Positions 36,018 to 49,187 are shown, counted from the whole stretch's first letter. The stretch: 62,994 nucleotides of DNA, filler included, from Octopus bimaculoides (GCF_001194135.2; 6 parts of 4 records of this genome joined end to end with filler, not necessarily neighbours in it); one strand, 5' to 3'. Program-made: numbers and translations. Notes: generated by a model not told the origin, from the letters alone.

Positions 36018-36544
36018 GCGAAATTTTTTCCCACGAGAGTTCTGGACCCTAGTAATGAACTCATTTGCATACAACCAATCAGAGTTAAACACACTCTACC
36101 AAGTAAACTCAAGACGAAGAACGGTGCTGGAAGTCGACCGATCGCCAAGTTATGCCTTATTTTAGAAGGAGACAAGTAATTAGATAGATTTGCATCTATA
36201 CCTGTTATCGGATTTTGCTAGGACTCCCATATGGTAGGTAAAGATGTGGATGGAAAAATGTGGGTAGAGGGTGATGTGCTAGCAATCCTCCCCCCTTACT
36301 GTTTCAGAAAGTAAACAACAACACAAATAACTACGCAGAGGCAGTCATGGTTGAAACAGGACCAAGATCAACAAGCATTATTAAAAGAGAAAAGAAGCAT
36401 GGCCATTTCTTCCCCAAGTGATTATATCTTATCACCCATCACTAGTTATGCGCTCATAAATAAGTCTGATAGTTGAGCTCTGATTGACTGTATGCAAATG
36501 AGTTCATAACTGGGGTCTGGAACTCTCGTGGGAAAAAAATTCGC
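36018..36544. mobile_element. MITE-like element bounded by 69-bp inverted repeats
   Basis: 36018-36086 versus reverse complement of 36476-36544: 61/69 identical. Confidence 0.7.
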
Positions 36545-36981
36545 GGGCCGGCATTCCTTTCAGTGGTGGAGATAGATGTTGTGATCTCGATTATATGTCA
36601 TATAATCGAGAAACTGGCCTTATGAGTTCTAGGGATCAAGAAAAACTAAAATAGGTGTGGGTCTATGGAAAGAAGCTTGCTTCCAAACTAGACGGTTTTG
36701 GGTTCAGTTTCACTNNNNNNNNNNNNNNNNNNNNNNNNNNNNNNNNNNNNNNNNNNNNNNNNNNNNNNNNNNNNNNNNNNNNNNNNNNNNNNNNNNNNNN
36801 NNNNNNNNNNNNNNNNNNNNNNNNNNNNNNNNNNNNNNNNNNNNNNNNNNNNNNNNNNNNNNNNNNNNNNNNNNNNNNNNNNNNNNNNNNNNNNNNNNNN
36901 NNNNNNNNNNNNNNNNNNNNNNNNNNNNNNNNNNNNNNNNNNNNNNNNNNNNNNNNNNNNNNNNNNNNNNNNNNNNNNNNN

Positions 36982-37160
36982 TATATAATACAAAGAATAT
37001 ATATACATGTATACACACATATATGTACATACTTACATCTACATGTGTATATACATGCATATCAGGGTACAGGACGTTAGAACAATAAACTACAGACAAC
37101 GGAACGAACACATAGGAAAACGGAAAGCCCCTTGGAATATCCCTTCATCAGCTGTCTCTA
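36982..37160 (-). mobile_element. Partial third copy of the CAGCTGATGAAGG element (3' half only)
   Basis: gacagctgatgaagggatattcc and tail aacgtcctgtaccctgatatgcat; GAAA and NUH strands absent. Confidence 0.6.
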
Positions 37161-37394
37161 TTCTATCTAGAATATACACATGCACTTACTGTAAATAAAA
37201 TAAGGGTACGTAGCGTTCCATTAAATAAGTAAATAAAAAAACATAATAAAGGTACAAACAAACGGATGGCTGATAACTGATGAGGATTTGGTAACTTTCT
37301 GTGTTGTTTTCCGTTTGTTTGTGCATTTATTATATGTTGTCTGTCTTTCTGTCTGTTTATCTATCTGTTTGGCTGTGTGTGTTTGTGTCTATGT

Positions 37395-37600
37395 GTGTGT
37401 CTTTGCGTTTATCCCCCACCACTTCTTAACAACTGGTGTTGGTGTGTTTACATTTCCCTAAGCAAGCAGTTTGGGCAATGGAAGCAATAGAATAAGTAAC
37501 AGACTTTAAAAATTCGTTCAAATGGAATTTTTTCAAGGCATGACCCCAGCATAACCACAGTCCAGTAACTGAAACAAGATAAAAAGATAAAAGATAAGGA
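37395..37600 (+). mobile_element. SINE family A 3' half
   Basis: ccccagcataaccacagt..ctgaaacaagataaaaagata. Confidence 0.7.
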
Positions 37601-37701
37601 AGATAAGGGTAGCTGTATTTGTCATCCAACCTTCTACTTATGATTTAGCCAAGACTATTTACAGAGATAGTTTTATATTGTGTTACAGATATTTTTCATA
37701 T

Positions 37702-37885
37702 TGGCTGTGTGGTAAGTAGCTTGCTTACCAACCACATGGTTCCGGGTTCAGTCCCACTGCGTGGCACCTTGGGCAAGTGTCTTCTACTATAAACTCGGGC
37801 TGACCAAAGCCTTGTGAGTAGATTTGGTAGACGGAAACTGAAAGAAGCCCGTCGTATATATGTATATATATATATATATATATAT
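37702..37885 (+). mobile_element. SINE family A 5' half, well conserved
   Basis: ggctgtgtggtaagtagcttgc..gggttcagtcccactgcgtggcaccttgggcaag; scaffold ends in its internal (TA)n. Confidence 0.9.
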
Positions 37886-37985
37886 NNNNNNNNNNNNNNN
37901 NNNNNNNNNNNNNNNNNNNNNNNNNNNNNTTAATTAATTAANNNNNNNNNNNNNNNNNNNNNNNNNNNNNNNNNNNNNNNNNNNN
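37886..37985. other. Artificial scaffold-join spacer
   Basis: 44N + TTAATTAATTAA + 44N. Confidence 0.95.
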
Positions 37986-37992
37986 CTAGAGG

Positions 37993-38044
<52 letters not shown>

Positions 38045-38669
38045 GTGTCCCCCTTCCTATTCACCATTCATTCATTTATTTAATCATTTACAATATTATT
38101 GGAATTGATTTAAAGATGGTGACCTCTTTTAAAAAAAAACAAAAAGAAAACAAAAAAAACAGGTGTGGTTTAGTCATCACTGAAAGTCATTTCGCTTTCT
38201 CTTCCCCTTTATCTTTTTCTCCTCTTTCAGTTATAATTAGAATACAAAATGTACTGTCTCCCCTTCCAAACATTCAATTTTGGAGGGAATTTTTCTATGA
38301 AATGTAGTTCTGCACGAAAAACATTACTATAATATTTGCAAATTAGCAATTAAAAAAAAAATAAATAAATAAATAAATAAAATGAAAAAAATATATATAT
38401 ACATCCTAATGCTACACATGTATATAAACATTTGTAGAGATGAACCACATTTGGAATAAAGAATACAAATTCTCCACTTTACTTTTAAACATTCAATTTT
38501 GGGGAGAATCCCTTGAAGTGTGTGTGTGCATGTGTGTGTGTGTGCGTGTGTTTCGGAACATGTCCATGTTTATACTGTGTAACTTCAATCATGCCTCTTT
38601 CAGTTTCATGATTTTGCATTAGAGAACATTAGTATAACACTTACAAAATGTACTATCTCCGCTTTTCTT

Positions 38670-39860
38670 TCAAACATTCAATTTTGGAGAGAAATTTTTG
38701 ATGAAATGTAGTTGCATTGCTTTATGGAATTGTGGATCATCCCGTGCACATTTGTAAAAAGGAGAAATTAAAAATTTTCTGTCACTGCATATTTGCAGAT
38801 GCTTACTTAATGGAATCTTGCATAATTCCTCTTGTTGGATATGTTGCCTGTGGATTCTTGCACATTGGCAGAGGGAATTATTTGTTTTGCTAGTGTAATT
38901 TTCTTTGCAATTTCGGCAGCTATTGCAGTATATGAGGTTTTGCATTTTGCAGTTCATATCTGCATTTATTTTGAAAAGGGATCCGCTCTTGAAATTTATG
39001 AGGGAACCACTTTCCAAGTATGTGAAGTTGTGTATATACTAAGAATTCTGATTCATTCTCTGATTTGAATTCTGCCCTTGTGAGGTGTTTTTAAGATTTT
39101 TTGGTTGGTGTCTGCTATTCCATAAGGTGTTATTTTCAATCAGGTATTTAATTTTGGGGGATTTGTAGGAGTATAGATAAGTTTGATTTGATGGCGTGAA
39201 AGATGTTGGTTATTCCAGGACTGTGTGTGTTAACAAATGGAATTGTGTTTTCATTAACTTTTTTCTTAGGTGTCCATAGTTGGGTGATGTTCAGTTTCTT
39301 TGCCTTTTTAATTCCCTCATTAATTAATCCTAAGTGGTATTTCTGTCTTGTGAGGAAGCCTTTGAGTTCACTGAGTCAGATTTCATGGATTTTGGGGTCA
39401 GTCACTATAGCACAGATGTGTCTTGCCATGCTGTATAGGATGTTTCTTTTGATGTGTGATGGATGGCAAGAGTAGAAATTTAAATATTGGTGAGTGTCAG
39501 CTTTTTTGTAAAATATGTCTGTTGTGACTGTGGAGTTCTGTATTTTTATGTGGATATCCAGGAATGGTAGTTCATTGCAATTGGATTCTGTCAGGAATTT
39601 GATGGATGGGTGAAGTGTGTTTAGTATATTGTTAAATATATTTAGATCTTCAGTCGATTTGTCCCAGAAGATAAAGCAATCATCAAGGAAGCATTTTCAC
39701 TTTTTAATGATATGTTTCATGTACTACTGATCAAAAGTTTTTTCTACTTTCTCATAAAGTTTTTCTTCCAAGTATTCCATTACTAAGTTTGCATATGAGT
39801 GCACAAATCGTGTACCCTTAGCCGTGCCCTTTATCTGCCAATCTTTTGCATATTCTTAGT
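38670..39860 (-). mobile_element. Penelope-like element relic (RT C-terminal half + GIY-YIG)
   Basis: [46 protein letters not shown]; NLIYCNSCRNCKENY..IHRQHI..HFIKNFSPKLNV*. Confidence 0.88.
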
Positions 39861-39992
39861 TTATGCATGTGTATGCAAATATAGTATTGGTATATCCCAT
39901 TTATGTTCATTAGAAATTAAATTAATAAAGAATTTTGACATGTACGAATATTTATTTCCCCCCACTGTATACACACACATCTATATATACAC

Positions 39993-40061
<69 letters not shown>

Positions 40062-40246
40062 CAAATATACATATACATATATATATACATATATAGATGC
40101 ATATATACATATACATATATATACATATACATATATATTCATATATATGTACATATATATATATTCATATATATATTTTCATATAAATATACACATGTAT
40201 ATAAATATTCATAAATATACTTACATTCATATACATATATCCATAT

Positions 40247-40279
<33 letters not shown>

Positions 40280-40280
<1 letters not shown>

Positions 40281-40523
40281 CATCATCATCATCATCATCA
40301 TCATCGTTTAACGTCTGCTTTCCATGCTAGCATGGGTTGGACGATTTGACTGAGGACTGGTGAAACCGGATGGCAACACCAGGCTCCAGTCTGATTTGGC
40401 AGAGTTTCTACAGCTGGATGCCCTTCCTAACGCCAACCACTCAGAGAGTGTAGTGGGTGCTTTTACGTGTCACCCGCACGAAAACGGCCACGCTCGAAAT
40501 GGTGTCTTTTATGTGCCACCCGC
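40280..40523 (-). mobile_element. RTE tail element (family D), well conserved
   Basis: (cat)n cgtttaacgtc.gctttccatgctagcatggg..cagctggatgcccttcctaacgccaacc. Confidence 0.88.
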
Positions 40524-41250
40524 NNNNNNNNNNNNNNNNNNNNNNNNNNNNNNNNNNNNNNNNNNNNNNNNNNNNNNNNNNNNNNNNNNNNNNNNNNNNN
40601 NNNNNNNNNNNNNNNNNNNNNNNNNNNNNNNNNNNNNNNNNNNNNNNNNNNNNNNNNNNNNNNNNNNNNNNNNNNNNNNNNNNNNNNNNNNNNNNNNNNN
40701 NNNNNNNNNNNNNNNNNNNNNNNNNNNNNNNNNNNNNNNNNNNNNNNNNNNNNNNNNNNNNNNNNNNNNNNNNNNNNNNNNNNNNNNNNNNNNNNNNNNN
40801 NNNNNNNNNNNNNNNNNNNNNNNNNNNNNNNNNNNNNNNNNNNNNNNNNNNNNNNNNNNNNNNNNNNNNNNNNNNNNNNNNNNNNNNNNNNNNNNNNNNN
40901 NNNNNNNNNNNNNNNNNNNNNNNNNNNNNNNNNNNNNNNNNNNNNNNNNNNNNNNNNNNNNNNNNNNNNNNNNNNNNNNNNNNNNNNNNNNNNNNNNNNN
41001 NNNNNNNNNNNNNNNNNNNNNNNNNNNNNNNNNNNNNNNNNNNNNNNNNNNNNNNNNNNNNNNNNNNNNNNNNNNNNNNNNNNNNNNNNNNNNNNNNNNN
41101 NNNNNNNNNNNNNNNNNNNNNNNNAGCTCGACGCTCTAACTACTTAGCCATGCGCCTTCACATATATATATGGATATATATGTATATGTATATACATATA
41201 TATACTTATATATATACATATATACATGCATATATTCATACGCATACATG

Positions 41251-41576
41251 TTGAGACCCTCTTCGGTCATGACTAACCATAGGATTACACCTAGAAAGTT
41301 ACCCTCCCAGACACAAGTCTGGACAAGATTGTTTATGGAAGACCAGCAGTCGCCCATGAATACCAGCCTCCTCTCTTCACGCAACCAGTTTTATCCAAGT
41401 GAAAGGCAAAGGCCGATACAGCTTGGCACTTGTGACGTTGCAACTCATTTCTACAGCTGAGTGAACTGGAGCAACGTGAAATAAAGTGTCTTGCTCAAGA
41501 ACTCCCGGTCCGGGATTCAAACTCACAACCTCATGATCGTAAGCTCGACGCTCTAACTACTTAGCCATGCGCCTTC
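41251..41576 (-). mobile_element. tRNA-derived SINE with family C-type head and a different tail
   Basis: gaaggcgcatggctaagtagttagagc..cttgagcaagacactttatttcacgttgctccagttcactcagctg; tail ends catgaccgaagagggtctc. Confidence 0.8.
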
Positions 41577-41850
41577 ACATATATATATGGATATATATGT
41601 ATATGTATATACATATATATACTTATATATATACATATATATACAAATATATACATATATACAAACATATATATACATATATATACTTACATATATATAT
41701 ATATCCATATATATATACATATATACATATATACACATATATATACATATATATACATATATATATATATACATATATACACATATGTATACACATATAT
41801 ATACACATATATATACACATATATATATACATACATATATATACACATAT

Positions 41851-44665
41851 CCTCCTATCTTACAACCTCGTACTGGAAGTTACGCAGAAAATTGTGGAAC
41901 AGCTGACCTGGCTTCGCCAGACACCCGACATACAAGGTACATACCAATGCCCGCATCCACTTCAAACAACAAAGGAACCAGGGTGGCCACCCATGACACA
42001 CCCACACATGCCGGACCCATGGACACCACTGACACCCTGCTACTCACGCCAGTACTCTCTCTGAACATCAGGGGCCTTGTAACACTCCACCAACGTAAAA
42101 CGCAATACCTAAGAGACCTTGTGACATGTAATCAAGTAATATGCGTGTCACTAACAGAAACACACCTAAATGTGGATGTATCGGGCACTGAGGTACACAT
42201 ACCAGGGTATGTCGTGCTATGAACTGATAGACGAGAAAGGTCTCATGGAGAAGTGGCAATGTACATCCGAGATGATGTCACGCCCATGGTACTCTTGTCG
42301 CACTCCAACACTATATGTGGTACTCTGGTAGTACTTAAACAGATGAGGTTGGTAATATGTACCACATATCGCCCACCAGATGTGCCAGATCACGAGAACT
42401 CATTTGAAGAGTGCATACAAAAAATGAGAGACATTTTGACGAATCTCGACAATGATCTGCACATACTTCTCTTAGGGGATTTCAATCTCCCTCATGTAAA
42501 ATGGCCAGAGGGTTGTCCCCTTTCAAAATCGGAAACATGCAGAGTCTCTGCTTGACTTCACTGACACACTCTTTATGGAGCAGATGGTGCATCACCCCAC
42601 AAGGGGAAAGAATATCCTGGACCTATGTTTCACAAACAGCTCAACACTCATACATGACGTGAAAGTAACACTGAAGCTTTTTTCGGACCATAATTTCATA
42701 GAGCTAGTGATGTATGGACTACAAAAGACCACGGATATATGAAATACTAGAAACGCTTATCTCATCTCTAGCCTGAATTTCCACAAAGCTGACTGGAAAG
42801 GCATTGAGAAAGAGGTCCTGAAATGTAACTGGTCCACCATCCTGTTGGGGGGAAAACATCGACATGAAACTAGAGAACTTCATGGCAACCATATATGGTA
42901 TCTGCAGTAAATTTACCCCCAAAGAGAGCACCAAATCAACGGGCGAAGAAAAATATAATACCCAGGGATAGAAGGGTACTAATGAGATGAAGAACAAAAA
43001 TCTCAAACTGTCTAAATGGACATCTAAAAGATTTCAAACGAATCCACCTTGAATGCACCTTGCTTGAGATTGAAAATGCACTCAAACTTTCCCATGAAAA
43101 GGAAGCAAGGGCTATCAAAAACATTAAAGCGGACCGTAAGGCCTTCTATAGATACGCGAAAGAACCTGCTTCAGTGCGTTACAAAATAGGACCACTATTA
43201 AATGAAAATGGTTCACCAACTGTGGACCCCCAGAGGATCAGTGAATTACTGATTGCACAATACAAGAGTGCTTTCAGTATACTGCTGGGGAAGCTACGAG
43301 TGAATGTGCTGGATAGGTTCTTTGACCCCGACAGCATACATTGTGAAATGGCAACTATTGATAACATCAACATAGAGGAAACGGATGTGATATCAGCCAT
43401 TGAAGAGCTGAGCTTGAACTCGGGTACGGGCCCTGATGGATTCCCTGTAATCTTCCTAAAGAAATGTAAAAGTGCTTTAGCTAGACCACTTCAAATCCTT
43501 TTCCATGAGTCCCCCAGGATGGGGAAACTCCCCCAAAAATTAAAAGAGGGAATAATATGCCCTATCCATAACGGAGGAAGCAGGGCAGAGGCTAGGAATT
43601 ATAGACCTGCCTCCCTGACCACCCACGTCAGTAAAGTCATGGAGCGCATTGTCAGGAAAAGACTGAATGAGTTCCTTGAGGACAATGACCTGCTCTCTGA
43701 CACCCAGCATGGCTTTCGCCCAAGAAGGAGCTGTCTTACACTGCTTCTGCGACACTATGACTGGGTACTGAAGTAATTAATGAATTGCTCAAATGTGGAT
43801 GTGGTATACCTCGACTTTGCAAAGGCATTTGACAAGGTCGACCATGGAATGATATGCTACAAATACGGGGACTCAGTATCACTGGTAAAGTCAGAGTGGA
43901 TGCATGATTTCCTAAAGGACAGGAGCCAAACTGTAGCAGCCAACGGAGCTCTCTCCACAGAGACACCAATAGTGAGTGGAGTGCCCCAGGGCACAGTGCT
44001 GGGGCCACTGTTTTTCATGATGACCCTATCAGATATGCCATCAGTGACAGAGGCAGCCATGCTTACCAGCTATGCCGACGACACAAAACTCGCACAGTCA
44101 GTCAAGGAAATGTCTGATGCTACACTCTTACAGAAAGATCTAGATGCCATCTATACATGGACTAAGGATAACAGCATGTAATTTAATGCAAGTAAATTCC
44201 AGGCCCTCTGTTACCAGTTAAGCACTGCTCAGGAATCACCACATGAGTATGTTGAATCAAGTGGAGCAACAATCCCAGAATCAAATACGGTGTGTGATCT
44301 TGGAATAGAAATGAACAACAATGCCTCATTTCACATACATATCAATAAAGTGGTAGCAATATCCAGAAGACTGGCCGGTTGGATTCTGAGAACCTTCCGG
44401 ACAAGGGACCAAGAAATTATGATGACACTATGGAAGTCATTTATCCTCAGCCGACTGGACTACTGCTCTCAGCCAAGGTCACCTTATACTACAAGAATGA
44501 TAGAAGAGCTTGAAGCAGTCCAACAACCATTACACAAATAAAATTGCATCAATGGAACGACTGAGCTACTGGGACAGATTGAAAGGGCTACAACTCTGTT
44601 CCCTGGAACGAAGGCAGGAGAGGTACGCAATGATATATATATGGAAGATACTGGAAGGATTGGGG
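41851..44665 (+). mobile_element. CR1/jockey-group LINE ORF2 relic (APE endonuclease + RT)
   Basis: LNIRG, TETHL, YRPP, GDFN, SDHN; GPDG, NYRP.SLT, QHGFR, YLDFAKAFDKVDH, SGVPQGTVLGP, YADDTK (44071); several stops and frameshifts. Confidence 0.95.
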
Positions 44666-44683
44666 CATATATATGGACATATA

Positions 44684-44767
<84 letters not shown>

Positions 44768-44770
44768 TAA

Positions 44771-45599
44771 TATAATTTATATAAGGGCATTACTATACAG
44801 TAATGCCTCACACTTAGAGGGACATTATAAGTCAAAACTACCAAAATAAGCACATATTTACCGATCGTGAGGGAATGCAACTTTCAAAGCTAACCTCCTA
44901 AAAACTTTTAACTTAACGGCAAACCACTGGTTTCATAATTAATACAGCAAAACTATGCAGTAATGCCCTTATATAAATTATATTATATATATTTATGGAA
45001 AAAAAACGATGGTTTTTTTTTCCTTATGAGGTTTTTTCACACTGACTACTTGATAAATTCTTATAAAGATTTTATCCTTATATTATATTATAAATAATTA
45101 GAATATATTCAGTGCTGAATATTATTCTGTAAAAGCACATGTTGCCGAAGTGTAACTTGAAAAGCCCACCTCTTTCACGGTTATATAAGGATGAACAGAA
45201 GTCGTTGTACTGTGTTGGTTACATCAGGGTATGTTGATTTTTGTTTATTCTTTATGTGCCTTGAACATACGTGCACTGATGAATAAAAGATGCAGCTTAC
45301 TGCATAGTTTTGCTGTATTAATTATGAAACCAGTGGTTTGCCATTAAGTTAAAAGTTTTTAGGAGGTTAGCTTTGAAAGTTGCATTCCATCGCGATTGGT
45401 AAATATGTGCTTATTTTGGTAGTTTTGACTTATAAAGTCCCTCTAAGCGTGAGGCATTACTGTATAGTACTGCCCTTATATAAATTATATTATATATATT
45501 TATGGAAAAAAGCGATGGGTTTTTTTTCCTCATGAGGTTTTTTTCACGCTAACTACTTGATAAATTCTTATAAAGATTTTATCCTTATATTATATTATA
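44771..45599. repeat. Fold-back structure: 193-bp inverted arms plus ~129-bp direct repeats, inside (TA)n
   Basis: IR 44771-44963 / 45297-45489 (7 mismatches); DR 44964-45092 / 45471-45599. Confidence 0.9.
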
Positions 45600-45626
45600 T
45601 ATACATTAATGTATATGCATATATAC

Positions 45627-45659
<33 letters not shown>

Positions 45660-45716
45660 TATTTAAATACATATATATGCATATATGCATATATATACGT
45701 ATACATATATATACGA

Positions 45717-45761
<45 letters not shown>

Positions 45762-45780
45762 CACATATATNNNNNNNNNN

Positions 45781-45838
<58 letters not shown>

Positions 45839-46301
45839 TATGCATATATACATATACACACATATAAACACACACACATATATATGCATATATATTTATA
45901 CATACATATATATATACATACATATGTATATATATATGTATATATAAACATATGCATATATATTTATATACATATATATACATATATATATACATATATA
46001 TATACATATATACATATACATATATATAAACATACATATATATACATATACAAGTACACGTAAAAATATACATATCTATATATCCATATATAAACATATT
46101 TATATATGCATATATATACATATGTATATATTTATATATATATATACATATCTATATATACATATATATACATATCTATATATACAAATATATACATATC
46201 TATATATACATATATATACACATCTATATATATACATATATATATATACATATATATACATATCTGTCTATACATTTATATACATATCTGTATATACATG
46301 T

Positions 46302-46401
46302 NNNNNNNNNNNNNNNNNNNNNNNNNNNNNNNNNNNNNNNNNNNNTTAATTAATTAANNNNNNNNNNNNNNNNNNNNNNNNNNNNNNNNNNNNNNNNNNN
46401 N
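46302..46401. other. Artificial scaffold-join spacer
   Basis: 44N + TTAATTAATTAA + 44N. Confidence 0.95.
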
Positions 46402-46726
46402 GATACGAAACCAATATTGTAATAGCTTGGAATTCAAGGCACCACAACTTTTTTAATGCCCTACCACAAGACATCAGGGATCTGCAAGATGTAGACATCA
46501 AAGTCTTTAAAGAATCGTCTCGACAGCTTTTTATTTGCAATACCGAAAGAACCCAGATCGCGGCAGGAGGCACAAAGAAGAGCGGCAACGTCCAACTCGC
46601 TACTTTACCAGAAGCAGTTCTGGAAAAATCTCCGGATGCAGTAAAAGGCAGTGCACCAGCATGGCCTCAGCCTCTGGCTGAAACCATAAAAGATAAAAAG
46701 TAAAAGATAAAAAGTAAAAGATAAAA
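46402..46726 (+). mobile_element. 3' end of CR1/jockey-group LINE (ORF2 C-terminus + tail)
   Basis: IRNQYCNSLEFKAPQLFNALPQDIRDLQDVDIKVFK/NRLDSFLFAIPKEP..RRAATSNSL; tail ggcagtgcaccagcatggcc..gctgaaac(cataaaagataaaaag)n. Confidence 0.85.
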
Positions 46727-47498
46727 CACTTAATATTTTTGTAGTTCCAGAATTGCGATTTAGGATATAAAACGTCCTCTAGAATTAGCCAGAGCTAACA
46801 ATGACAAACTGTAACTACTAAATATTGTTAAGCACACCTCTGCAAATGCAATGGACATAAGCAATTCCCTTTAAATACGACGAACAACCGGCAGTGAGAC
46901 TGTTTTTAGGAGATCCCCAAATGGGGCTCATGGCAAGATCATGAGTTAAAATGATACATATACGATTGCGTTTTTCACAACTGCCCTAAAACCCTCAAAC
47001 CAGAATACGTTTAATCCTCCAACGACAAAGAGCTTCCCACGCACAATTATTCCTTTCAGTCGTTTCTGGTGATTGCAGGAGCTGGTTTTCCACCTCTTGT
47101 ATCAGCCAAAATAAGTAAATTCAAATATTACAAACATTCACTATAGGTTAAATAAGAACGCAACACATTTTTTCTATGCTATTCATGTGCGGAAAAGAGG
47201 GGAGTCTCCTGACAGACCGTCGCATGGTTTGTTGACTGTTCTTCAGAGAAGACGTACCCGCCTTCTTTTCCCAATCAATAGCATACAGCTGGGAACAGGC
47301 AACAAACTGTGAAACGGTCTGGCAAGAGATGTCCCCCTCTTTTTTGTGCACTTCAGCATAAAACGAACGTGTTTACATTCTTATTTCACCCAGACAGAGA
47401 CTGTGTAATATTTAAATTTATACATACACATTCATACATACATGCATGTATATATGTATGTCTACACACACACACACGCACACACACACACACACACG

Positions 47499-47529
<31 letters not shown>

Positions 47530-47681
47530 GTATATATATATATATATATGACACTTAGGCAAGGTGATATTAATAACCTGGTGTTAGAACTCAATATACA
47601 TTTGTTTCAGAATAAAGCGTTAATTGAGAAAAGAGGATAATATGAAATCAAATAAATGCCAAAGAGACATGAAATTACATT

Positions 47682-47763
47682 AACTTACAGCTGTTGCTGC
47701 TATATGATGCAATGCACTCAGGACTGGGGTGTTTGTGCATCACCTTATAGCTTCTTCAGAGCT
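47682..47763 (-). ncRNA. Type I hammerhead-like motif with long stem II (homologue of 18818-18897)
   Basis: AGCU-CUGAAGA-A-GCUAUA..UGAUGCA..UGCAUCA-UAUAGC-A-GCAAC-AGCU-GUA-AGUU. Confidence 0.55.
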
Positions 47764-47864
47764 TCAAAAATATGTTCGTTCGTTAGTTACATCTGGATAG
47801 TTGAAATATTACACATATCGACATCTTATCAATCACCATGGTGATTAAAACACTATAAAAATAT

Positions 47865-48055
47865 GCGTTTCAAATGCGTGGCCAATAATTTCGGGTGGAA
47901 GCGTTAAATCGATTACATCGACCCTAGTAATGAATTGGTACTTATTTTTCGACCCCGAAAGGATAAAAAGCAAAGTCGACCTCATCGTAACTCGAACTCA
48001 AAGACGAAAGAAATGCTGCTAAGACCTACACGCTAACGATTCGGCCAGCACCCCT
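47865..48055 (-). mobile_element. SINE family B
   Basis: attggtacttatttttcgaccccgaaaggataaaaagcaaagtcgacctc. Confidence 0.75.
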
Positions 48056-48783
48056 CTTTGAAACACTATGACAACATTAACCTTTGAAGAAAGGAAGTAT
48101 TTTCTTTACTGAATAATTATCTTCCATTACATTTCTAACAACCTCTGCATGAAATATGTTAACACTATCTTAACTTATTTCTGTTCATTGTCATTACATA
48201 TTTACATCTCATTTCTACATAAACCAACCTTATTGAAAGTACAGAAAACAAAGGTTATATCGATTAAAGTATGCGACATCAAAACGTCCCATATTTTTCA
48301 CAGACATTGATGTAGCGCGAGTTACATCATGTTCGGCAGACGATAATGATGTCTTCATGTAGCTACTGTTTTGTAGTTTTGTTTTCTTTGCTAACCATCA
48401 AGGTTTGAAGTGGTGCACGCTGTGGTTTTGCCGTTGAAACGTTTATCAAAAATGGTCTAAGGGAAACTTTTGTTGCATCCTGTAAAACCAACAACGTGAA
48501 ATTGGTTAAAAAAAAAAAAGAGGGAAAAGAAGAAAGAAGAAAGAGATCTTTCTGCTTTAATGGATTCTACAACTTTATAATTATTTTGCTTAGCCTGAGT
48601 TCTACAGCAGAACGGTCTCTGGTGAACCGAAAATCAGATTTTATTGGCGTATTCCACATGAGAGATCTTCGTAAATATAACAACTCTTTTTCTCTTTCTT
48701 TCTCTCTTTCTCTATACCTTTCTCTCTCTCTGCTTTTCACCCCTTTTTTTGCTTTCTAACTCGACCTTTCTCTTTCTCGATGT

Positions 48784-48828
<45 letters not shown>

Positions 48829-49155
48829 NNNNNNNNNNNNNNNNNNNNNNNNNNNNNNNNNNNNNNNNNNNNNNNNNNNNNNNNNNNNNNNNNNNNNNNN
48901 NNNNNNNNNNNNNNNNNNNNNNNNNNNNNNNNNNNNNNNNNNNNNNNNNNNNNNNNNNNNNNNNNNNNNNNNNNNNNNNNNNNNNNNNNNNNNNNNNNNN
49001 NNNNNNNNNNNNNNNNNNNNNNNNNNNNNNNNNNNNNNNNNNNNNNNNNNNNNNNNNNNNNNNNNNNNNNNNNNNNNNNNNNNNNNNNNNNNNNNNNNNN
49101 NNNNNNNNNNNNNNNNNNNNNNNNNNNNNNNNNNNNNNNNNNNNNNNNNNNNNNN

Positions 49156-49187
<32 letters not shown>

